A stretch of DNA of 64,000 nt from Paramoeba atlantica (Eukaryota; Protista; Discosea). Shown here one piece after another: positions 55,340 through 64,000 of this stretch. The notes beneath the pieces are model-generated. The model did not search any database and was not told the DNA's origin. It was given only the letters and a program-made list of their open reading frames with translations. The stretch is from assembly GCA_977017575.1 (NCBI GenBank), contig CDRNVI010000083.1:1-64000 (forward strand). The letters run 5' to 3'. Position numbers and translations under genes: made by a program. The stretch's first letter is position 1. Each line of letters begins with the position of its first letter.

Positions 55340-58335
55340 CGTAAAGGGGGGGATCGTTTATTGTTATCAAATTTTTCGAGCATTTTTTGCTAACAATAAT
55401 CGCATGTTACAGTGCTCGCAAAAATTAGTAAAACTTTTATTGTAAAATAATAAAAAAGTTTTACTAATTAAAAATTCACTAATTTTTGTTTTACTAATTT
55501 TTGCGCTGCCCCCAAAAAATTTGCCAACTTGATAAAATGTCTTAAATACAAGAGAGCGATGTTTCGCGTTCGAGGAGCGAAGAAAGTTTTTTAAAAATAG
55601 GAATACAACGAACAAGAAAGTCAGAGATTCAGAAAAAAATCAGGAGCGGGGAAAGTAATATGTGTCTGTAGCACAGAGTAAAAAACACCCAGAAAAAATA
55701 ATATTAATAAAAATCTTGCTCATAGAAATATTGCTCACAGAAATCTTGCTCGCTTTCCGTTTCACTTTCCCCTTCAAATTCCGAACTGTCTTCATAATCG
55801 CTGCTATAGTCAATGTGATTATTGTGCATGCATTTGTATTTATCTGACTGGACCTTTCGAGGAGTTGAACGAATAGGCGTGCATATAGACGTAGCTTCAG
55901 AGAAAAATGTATTTTCTGCACTGGCGGATGTCTCAATTTCAGAAGAAGTCTTCCCGAAACCCCATAGATCTAGTTTTGCACACTTCTTTTGAGAAATAAA
56001 TAACTTCTTCTGAGCTCGACTCATGCCTTTTGTCTGTTCTTTCAGTTTGTATCCTTCCTCACGAGCTTGATTCTTTTTTTCCTTCTCAATTCTATTTGAC
56101 TCAAGCCGTTCTGAAAGACTGGGGTTGGGAGGACGACCTCGTTTCTTGCGTTGAAGAGAGACAATATGCTGAATATTTTCCTGTCGAATATCTTGGTCTT
56201 CGGGGGGTTCGATTTCATCAACGTTAACATTTACGTGCATTTCTTGTAGCTCATCTCCATGTCTGCTGACTGTTTCACGTTCGCTGTCGGTGAGCAAGGA
56301 TGCGTACGCGTCGGCTCGTGTCGGAGTACACATCTCAGTTTCATCAAAAAGAGCGGCAGTTATACCCCTAACTTTCCAAGAAGCAATGACTTGAGCACGA
56401 GTAATTTCTCGCATAGCTTTGGTAATTAGCGTGACTTTTTGCGTTCGGAGATGTGAAGCGGAAGACATAACCATTTCATGGACGGCATCTTCGACATTTT
56501 GACGGGCAAAAATGCGAGCAACATAATCATTGAAAAGTGCTCGAGCCTTGACTTTCAACCCAGATATCACAAACTGATCCGCCGGCTGAAAAACGTGAGT
56601 CATTTTAGGCGGAATTTCTACACACTTGCAGTTTTTGGAGGAAAGCGCCGGGGCAGAGTCTTTGTGTTGTGTTGCACCATCTATGATAAGGAGAGCGGGA
56701 GTGTTAACGTCTGAAAGTTTGCTCCTCTCCACATCAACAATATCAAGAAATCTTTCGAGAAATTCGGCCCAAGTGCTTGAATCCTGAAAGTGAGATCCTG
56801 TCCGAGCGCACTGTAGAACTCGATCGTTGTGTTCAATGTCGACAAACATGCGGGAGGTACCCTGAAAAATGAATTGTAGAAGATTCAAATCACCAGCAGC
56901 ATTCGTTAGCACCGTACAAGTGAAACCCCCTTTGCGATTCTGGATTGCAACACTTCTACTTTCTCCGACGTCAATTCGCTCCCAAGTCCACTTCATGTTT
57001 GAGCCTTCTGGAGAAAGACCAACGAAAAACTCGTCCGCGTTAAAAACAAGCTCTTTTCGAACACCGAAAGATTTTAGGCCACGTAGATGAGAAAAAAATA
57101 CATTAGCTGCCTGTGCAACTTCAATAGGTGTCACAGTTCGAGTTGTAGTTGCCCGTCGCACCTTAATGCCATTGCGGTGCATCCAAGAATTTGCCCAAGA
57201 AATCGAAAACTTCAACGTGCCACCGTTCAGCACTGTAGATCCCGTCTGTCGCTGTTCTCTGATACCTTTCGCAATGTTGGCTACGCGAGCTGCGTCGACG
57301 GCAACGCCAGTTCGTCGAATCAGCAAAAAAGCTTTTAACAACTGAGCTTCTTCGTCTTCCGTGAGAAGACTCTTTCGACCACTAGAACCAACGTCATCCA
57401 AACGCGCAATGCGCTTGTACTTGGTGATAGCGGCTGAACTGAGACTTCGATGAAATTTCAGCTCAAACTTTCGTCGAACATCTTCGCCCCGAAAAACACC
57501 ACGAGTGTGTTCGAATAACCAATTCTTTTGCTCATCTGTTAAGGAAGTTCCGGAGGGCGTGTTGCTAGACGAAGCACTTATCAGATTGCTGAGCAATATC
57601 ATTTCTCCGATGTCGTGCGACATAGTAATCTGAAAACTTTTCGTAAAAAAAAATAGAATTCCGAAAAAAAAAAAAATGTAAGGTGTAAAACCTGAATTTT
57701 GCAAAATGTTTTACTAATTAAAAATTTACTAATTTTTGTTTTACTAATTATTGTTACACTAATAATTGTGTACACTGTAACAATAATCGAACTTTTACCC
57801 TCCAATGTCAACATTACACGAGTTGCAATGAAAGTTCGAATATTGTTAACAATGAGAAGTATTTGGGCACTCTCTGGAGGTTGCTGAAGGTCACTGGTAA
57901 TCGCCGGAGCTACTAACGACTCTCCAATGACACCTCTTTAGGGAACTACGCAGTTTTCAATTGCCATACAGTTTTATCCAAAACTGAGTTATGGGATTCG
58001 AAGTGCGATGTCGGGTGAGGTACAGTTTACTTGACTTCTCAACGTTTTATCTCTGGAGGCTGCGATCGTCGGGCGACTGAAAGTCTGTTGTTTCAATAGC
58101 ATTGTTTCGCATATCGTTAAGCGTATCATTTTCCTTATCATGAACGATATAAAACATGACCATAAGGAACAAAAAAATTCGAAAGCCACACGAAAAAACC
58201 GAAATTAATTCATTGCTAACAATAATCGAATGTTAACAATAATCGAATGTTAACAATAATCGAATGTTAACAATAAATGAATTAATTCATTGTTAACAAT
58301 AAACGAATGTTAACAATAAACGAGCCCCCCTTTAC
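55340..58335 (-). mobile_element. pogo-family (Tc1/mariner superfamily) DNA transposon
   Basis: TIR GTAAAGGGGGG..TCGTTTATTGTTA at both ends. 17-bp AACAATAATCGAATGTT repeats at 58215-58325. Internal ~45-bp direct repeats at 55455 and 57705. Confidence 0.8.
55704..57623 (-). CDS. pogo/CENP-B-type transposase (HTH plus DD33D), uninterrupted
   Basis: GRKSLL, FSISWANSWMHR, VFNADE, LLIIDGATQH, PPKMTHVFQPAD; ~639 aa from MSHDIG. Confidence 0.9.
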   Translation of the reverse strand: MSHDIGEMILLSNLISASSSNTPSGTSLTDEQKNWLFEHTRGVFRGEDVRRKFELKFHRSLSSAAITKYKRIARLDDVGSSGRKSLLTEDEEAQLLKAFLLIRRTGVAVDAARVANIAKGIREQRQTGSTVLNGGTLKFSISWANSWMHRNGIKVRRATTTRTVTPIEVAQAANVFFSHLRGLKSFGVRKELVFNADEFFVGLSPEGSNMKWTWERIDVGESRSVAIQNRKGGFTCTVLTNAAGDLNLLQFIFQGTSRMFVDIEHNDRVLQCARTGSHFQDSSTWAEFLERFLDIVDVERSKLSDVNTPALLIIDGATQHKDSAPALSSKNCKCVEIPPKMTHVFQPADQFVISGLKVKARALFNDYVARIFARQNVEDAVHEMVMSSASHLRTQKVTLITKAMREITRAQVIASWKVRGITAALFDETEMCTPTRADAYASLLTDSERETVSRHGDELQEMHVNVNVDEIEPPEDQDIRQENIQHIVSLQRKKRGRPPNPSLSERLESNRIEKEKKNQAREEGYKLKEQTKGMSRAQKKLFISQKKCAKLDLWGFGKTSSEIETSASAENTFFSEATSICTPIRSTPRKVQSDKYKCMHNNHIDYSSDYEDSSEFEGESETESEQDFCEQYFYEQDFY

Positions 58336-58468
58336 TTTTAATTTATTCTAATGAATTTTGTCCCGTTAATAAAAACTTCGACGGTAAGTTTTCCGCCTGT
58401 AGTATGAGAAAAATGTACAAGCAATCATGTTAACGATATGGTTTTTTTAATGCAAACATTGAATAACT

Positions 58469-59047
58469 TCATGTTACCAAGATGCTCGCTTCCCTAATTT
58501 TTGTTTCTGACCAATTAAAGCGAACAAGACTGGGAGGAAACTTTGAGCAATCAATGATTCCGCTTAGGTTTGGATTATCTCTTAAGAAGAGCCACTCCAG
58601 GGAAGGTGGCAGTGTAGCTATCTCCACGTATCCATTAAGATCGTTGGAGGACACGATTAATCGAAGCATAGAAAGGGGAAGAGAGCTAAGATCAATGGAA
58701 CTTGAAAATTTGTTGCGTGAGCAACGCAAGGATGTCAATTGTGTTGGCAAGCCAGAAAGATCAAGAGAGCCCCGAAGACTATTTTTAAATACGCTAACAA
58801 GTAGCGAGGTTCGGGGTAGATAATGCCATTGCAGAGTTCCATGAATGGGCAGTGCATTCCAGTTTATTTCCGTGACTTCATTGAGTGAGTCCGAGCAGCT
58901 GATGCCAAACCACTTACAGGCAGGGACACTGGTGTTCCAGGACGGGTGTGGATTCGTAATCCCCGAAATAAAGCGCGCGAGGTCATACTCCTGAGGAAGA
59001 GAAAGATGCGTGGATTTATGCGCCGCGTACGTTACTTGGTCGTCCAT
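58469..59047 (-). CDS. Leucine-rich repeat protein (paralog 6)
   Basis: LPQEYDL, WNTSVPACKWFGISC and LRRs. Confidence 0.85.
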   Translation of the reverse strand: MDDQVTYAAHKSTHLSLPQEYDLARFISGITNPHPSWNTSVPACKWFGISCSDSLNEVTEINWNALPIHGTLQWHYLPRTSLLVSVFKNSLRGSLDLSGLPTQLTSLRCSRNKFSSSIDLSSLPLSMLRLIVSSNDLNGYVEIATLPPSLEWLFLRDNPNLSGIIDCSKFPPSLVRFNWSETKIREASILVT

Positions 59048-59217
59048 AGTGACTTGATCACAAATTTTATTAGAAAACGATCGATCTTAGACATTTTGTA
59101 ATCTCTTCTCTACTTTCTTTTAAAACAAAAGAATTTTATGCGTAGAAATGCACTATTCACAAAATAGAAACACATAGAAATACATGATGTTTGCCTAAAA
59201 ATTATGTATGGCTACCT

Positions 59218-60149
59218 CTATATACCATCATCTGATGTCCGTGCCGACGCGCGGTTTCTCCCCGCCTCCTCTCGCAGCAACGCCTCCCTCTCCCTTTGCT
59301 TCCTCCGCATCGCCTCCTTTCTCTTCTCAATCTCCTCCCTCATCGCGGTCAGCCGGCTTTCCCTCTCCTCCACCTCCCTCGCCCTGCCTTGCAAAATCTC
59401 CTGCTTCCTCCTCTCCAGCTCCCGTTTCTTCCTCAGCGCAAACAGCCTCTCCTGCAGCTCCTCATCCCCGCGCCCCACGCCGTGCTCCCGTTTCCGCAGC
59501 TCGGGGGCGATCGCGCGGGCGTGTTCCCACACCACCTCCATGGCCCCGCAGCCCTCCTTATAGCGCAGCTCCTCCACCTCGTCCTCCGTCAGCTGGGAGA
59601 CCTGCTCGATGGTCCAGAGGTCGCGCTCGAGGAGACGCTTCTGGGTGTGCACGGAGCAGCTGTCGAGGAAGGCGGTGAAGGTGCCGAGCGTGACGTCATG
59701 GTGGGCCTCGAGGTGGAGCTTCCACCAGCGGCGGTCCTCGTCGGTGATGCGGCCGTAGGCCTCGGTGATGAGCGCACGCGCGGGGGTGTGGAGGAGAGGG
59801 GGGGATAAGAAAGAGGGGGGGATAAGAAAGAGGGGGGGGATAAAAAAGAGGGGGGAGATAAAAAAGAGGCGGGTCGGGAAGAGGGTAGTCCCCGGGTGCT
59901 GCGGGATAACGCTGGGGAGGGTGGAAAGGAGAAGGGAGGAGCGGGTGGGGGAGGGGACCGGAGAAAAGGAGAGGGGTGGAGGGGGGAGGGGGGAGGGAAA
60001 GGTGGGGAGGGGGTAGAGGTGGAGAAGAAACGGATGGGGGAAGGGTTTTGGGAAGGGAGAGATTTGGTTTTGGGGGTTTGGAGAAAGAGGAAGCCAGGGT
60101 GGGGTGGGGGAATGATGGCGCGAGTGAAGTAGGGGTGTAGCGATTTCAT
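59218..60149 (-). CDS. Hypothetical protein with C-terminal coiled coil; apparent frameshift in the low-complexity stretch ~59800-59870
   Basis: Strong GC3 coding signal from ALITEAYGRITDEDRRWWK to the stop. The ATG at 60149 is in another frame. Confidence 0.6.
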
Positions 60150-60590
60150 TTTTACGTATGAAGAGGGTAAAAATATAGAAAAAAGATTTTGTAAAAACGT
60201 ATTTGCAAGGGTTTTACACGATTTCAACACACATAAAAAAACAGCTTCGCTATGGAATGTTTCCGACATTGGCTAGGGAGGAAGCACAGAAGAGAAAAGA
60301 CTGCGCATCTAACTAAAGCACGAAAAAATACATGGAGAAACAGGACGCCCAGAATCTACGTTTTTAAGCTTTTTTCACATTCACGTTTGGACATTCGCGG
60401 CACATCGCGTTCAATCCACGCCGTAGGAGCATATTTTTGTTTGCTTAAATATGCTGTAAAATCATTGTTGTGCAACGATATTTCAAATCCTCTTGAATTT
60501 CCTGGGAGATGACACAGATCCACAACTCCCGTGAGTCGATTGGCATGAAGATTAAGGTACTTCAACCCCGAGGGAAGCTTTGTAACATCT

Positions 60591-62475
60591 GGTGGATTGT
60601 CAATGTCAGTGCACCAAATTGTCATACTTAGTGCACCACAATTTATAGGATTGTCATACTCAGTGCACCAAGAGGTACATATTTTATCATAATTAGTAGC
60701 TTTTCTTTCTAATCGAAACTCGCACTTTATATGCCTAAATATCGAAGATTAACTCTTCAGGAGAGGCAAGACATTCAGACGATGCATGAGAGCGGATCGA
60801 CACGCAGAGAAATTGCCCGTTCTATAAAAAAATCTCACAGCACTGTTTGCCGAGAGTTGGTACGAAGCAAGAAAACGGGCAAGTATTACTTGGCTGGCCG
60901 TGCGAATCGTGTCGCACGAAATCGCCTGAGTAAAAAAGGGACGAGGCCTCAGATTATTCGTGGAGCCGTCGAAGCAAAAGTTAAAGCTCGGCTCAAAAAA
61001 TTTCATATCCCAGAACAAGTGGCCCATACATTAATCGTTGGTTCACAGGGTTCCCCGCCTACTTCCACGATTTATCGTTTCGTCCGAAGGGATAAGGATG
61101 CAGGCGGTAGCGTACACAAGGCTCTACGCTTTAGAGGAAAGCGCCCCTAAGGGCTCTACAGGCTGAATAATCGACCTCGAAAATGTCTCAACTGGGAGAT
61201 TCCTCAGAAATTTCGAGAGTTATTCCTGCTTTGAAGTAGGTAAAGACAAGTTAAAAGCAGAAGGATAAGTTGGAGCAGAAGGATAAGTTGGACCGTATAT
61301 TATTCAATAACGCTATATTACTCAGATTATTGCGGTGGTTGTAAAACTACCGCTCTACACTCGATTATTGAAAAAAAAGTGAACAAAAACAGTGAAAATA
61401 TAAAGAGGAACACAGTAATATAATGGAAGAAAAAAATATAAAAGGGGGCTCCGGTGGACCAAAACTGAAAAAAAAATTTGAAAAAAATGGGGGGTCCATG
61501 GGGGGGGTCCAGGGGGGGGGGTCCAGGGGGGGGGGCATGGTCGAGCAATTTTTTTTCGAAAAAATTAGTTTTCGAAAAAAAACCGCAGAAAGGGTAGCCG
61601 GGGGCTTGGCGCGCATTTTCCACCCCCCTACCCGGGGGTGACCCCCCCGCGTATCCGCATGACGGGTCCGCCAAGTTCGGATTTTTTCGGAAAAAAAATT
61701 TTGAAAAAAAATTCAACTTGGCGAAAAAAATGACAAAAAAAATATTTTTCCAAAATCGTTTCCCCTATTGTATTTTGATAGTTTGGGACCTGCACTAGCT
61801 TTCTACGCAGTTGTTTTCGCAAGGTATCACTTCTTCGAACCGTGGTGCGCCCCTCAAAATGACCCATTTTTGACTAAAAAAGGTGAAAAAGTATTTTTCG
61901 GACCTAAAGGGGCATTTTTGTGTCGAAAGAATGGTATGGTTGGAGTCGCATTCTCTACCCAATACGTTCGGTAGGCTTTCATTCATGCCTGCGAGTGATT
62001 TACCACGCGCAAATGTCGGATTTAGTGCTCTGAGAGCAAAAATATGCGAAAATGACCCCATTTTTACCCGAAATTCGGCTATTTTTGGCTATAATCTTTC
62101 CGTTTTCCAGGCTAAATTTTCTTTTTTAGGCTCTTCGTTAAACGCGGTGGTGGTTTTCAACTCGGAGAGCGTAGCATGAGTGACTTCTAAGTTGAAAACA
62201 ACCACCGCGTTTAACGAAGAGCCTAAAAATTATTCAATTTTACACTATATTATTCAAATTAACACATTTATACTTTTAAGTGCACTTTTTTATACTTTTA
62301 CACTCTCAGGTGTTATGCAGCAGTAGCACACACGTTCGTACGCGGTGACATGCCCATTGCTTTTTCTTGGTGCACTGAGTATGACAAAATGTCGACATTT
62401 CAGAAGGGTTGATTTTTTGGGTATCTTTGGTGCACTGAGTATGACAAAAGGGTGGTGCACTGAGTATGACAATCC
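60591..62475 (+). mobile_element. TIR-bounded element carrying an internally deleted IS30-family transposase, with a nested repeat module
   Basis: Ends GGATTGTCA..CAGTGCACCA inverted, three ~20-bp subterminal repeats per end, IS30-type ORF starting 140 bp inside the left end. Confidence 0.8.
60731..61234 (+). pseudogene. IS30-family transposase remnant (N-terminal HTH plus C-terminal tail; DDE core deleted)
   Basis: YRRLTLQER..SGSTRREIA..KSHSTVCREL, PEQVA, STIYR; then in the same frame after TAA 61148, LNNRPRKCLNWEIP. Confidence 0.85.
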
Positions 62476-63392
62476 AGGTCTATTGGTCTCTCAAATCTAT
62501 TTAAACACAAATCCAAGTTTACCAAGGAGCCAGGAAGCATTGTTAGGTCAAGAGATCCACTAAACTCGTTGCGATCTATAAACAAGTCAGTCATATTCGG
62601 TGGAAGAGTAGTCAGATCGACCGCCCCAACATGTTCATTTGCACTTAATCGCAGATTAATTAGAGTATGACTTAATGCAGCGGTAGGAAGTTGACCACCG
62701 AATTTCGTTACACCAAAGTAAGATGTACGCGCTATTCTGACCACGTGACGTGGACAGAACTCCCATGACAAATTTCCACAAGTTGCAGGCACATGAAAAA
62801 GAATTTCAATTACCCTTTGCTCCTTGTCACATACCTCCCAGGAGCATACAGGGGCAGAGGCATTGCACCAACTCGCAGGACGATTCTTCAAGTACTGAGT
62901 AAAGACTCGCACTTGATAATCATCTGAGGTGCTTGCAGAAGTCGTTTTGGAGCCGTAGCATCGATGTTTCCTTGGAGGACTGCTAGATGTTGGTGTATCA
63001 TCTGCTGCGTGTAACGTTAGAACGTGAACGAAAAAACCAATGAAGCAGAACAGCAGCATCGTACGCAAAACTTACAAATGGTATCACAAAAATTCTTCTC
63101 TAATAACGAAAAGTGTATCACAGTCGGGAAAACAAACAAAAAAAGTGCGAATGTAAATGAATAAAGCATTCGGAAAAACAGAGAATATTACTATTCGTTG
63201 ATTCCACATGAACGATACCTCATCTCCTTGCAAAGAACATGCCCTCTTTGCCTCATCAAACCCGTTGTACTCCCCTTAACTTACTGCATCGATAATAGCA
63301 ACGCCAAACACCTCAAAAATGCATCCCTGCGTCTTTGTTTCTCACCTGAAATGCCTCTTCACGAGAAGAGGCCCACTCTCCCCCTCGCCACT

Positions 63393-64000
63393 CTACCTGC
63401 GCAATTTCGTCTGAGGGGTCTTCTTCTGGTTCCCAGCCTCCAGATCCACCGGTCGGATCACGCACCCGGGGATTACCTCTACCGGAGGTCGGGTATTCTG
63501 GAACACCGTCATCTCAGTATTCCACTCCCTCCCGAGCGGCATGCGCATCGCTCGGTTGTACTGCTCCTCACTCTCATACGGGTACGGCACCTTATTTAAC
63601 CGGTACTTCTCCGAGACATTCTCCGAGAGCTCGCTAAGGTAGACATGCTCGAGACCCGCATCCCTGCGCTTGGCCTGGAGGACACGCAGCTCGAGCTGCT
63701 GTTTGGCTTTCAACCGGGAGAGACGAGCTTGCTGGATTCGGTTACGCTCCGGAGCTTCCCCTCCCCACTCCCCCCACCCCGGGAGAGCGGATTGAGGGTC
63801 CAGAGGGGTGAGGTCGGATTGCAGTGCCGCAGTCTTTTCTTTTTCAAGCTCACGCAGCAGCAGCTCGTCCGGGGCGAAGGCTGCGGAGATGAGCTGTTGC
63901 TGCTGGGTGGGAGCCGCGATTCGGGTGGTGTTTAAAGAGCGGGTGGTTTGGGGTGCTGAATAAGATAAAGGGTTTTGAGCAGTGTTTGATGAGGAAGTGT
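63393..64000 (-). CDS. UTP14: U3 snoRNP-associated protein 14, 3' part (5' end outside window); one apparent G-run indel near 63770
   Basis: QQLISAAFAPD, LPGWGEWGG, then KVPYPYESEEQYNRAMRMPLGREWN and GCVIRP. Confidence 0.85.
   Translation of the reverse strand, partial: TSSSNTAQNPLSYSAPQTTRSLNTTRIAAPTQQQQLISAAFAPDELLLRELEKEKTAALQSDLTPLDPQSALPGWGEWGGEAPERNRIQQARLSRLKAKQQLELRVLQAKRRDAGLEHVYLSELSENVSEKYRLNKVPYPYESEEQYNRAMRMPLGREWNTEMTVFQNTRPPVEVIPGCVIRPVDLEAGNQKKTPQTKLRR

Larger units (their letters stand above)
60356..63059 (-). pseudogene. Leucine-rich repeat gene (paralog 7) split by insertion: 62476-63059 plus 60356-60590
   Basis: Removing 60591-62475 rejoins RPIDL|DVTKLPSGLKYL in frame. 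Confidence 0.85.

Noticed and set aside
61306-61325. AATAACGCTATATTA resembling the trypanosomatid SL 5' end
   Set aside because: Lacks the conserved CAGTTTCTGTAC core and differs from the two local SL-like copies; short AT-rich match.
63760-63785. Programmed frameshift or pseudogenisation of UTP14 (and of the 59218-60149 gene)
   Set aside because: Both shifts lie in G/C homopolymer-rich tracts, so sequencing indels are more likely; needs a read check.

Overview
Eukaryotic, intron-less and almost certainly kinetoplastid DNA. Evidence: two copies of a spliced-leader (SL)-like exon, a kinetoplastid-type Fe-SOD and PEX19-like gene, and one directional gene cluster. A Perkinsela/bodonid-type lineage is my guess. 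Bases 1-24.9k are a nest of transposable elements: a Helitron Rep-Pif1 gene that rebuilds into one ~1,800-codon frame after removing three TSD-flanked insertions; a ~3 kb 27-bp palindromic satellite holding 3' ends of a HERO-like retroelement; a CRE/SLACS-like retrotransposon split by an antisense SL-locus fragment; a hAT-like pseudogene; and several MITE families. Bases 24.9-64k are a minus-strand gene cluster (WD40/coiled-coil, YVH1-type Zn domain, helical-repeat RNA-binding protein, KLHDC4-like, RBBP6-like, Fe-SOD, PEX19-like, OB-fold, UTP14). It is interleaved with seven dispersed LRR paralogs, a Merlin element, an apparently intact pogo element, and an IS30-family deletion derivative inserted into an LRR gene. 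The best novelty candidates are the IS30-type element in a eukaryotic gene, the two SL-exon copies inside mobile DNA, and the retroelement-satellite association. All family calls are by motif recognition, with no database search. Two frameshifts in homopolymer-rich stretches suggest some sequencing indels.
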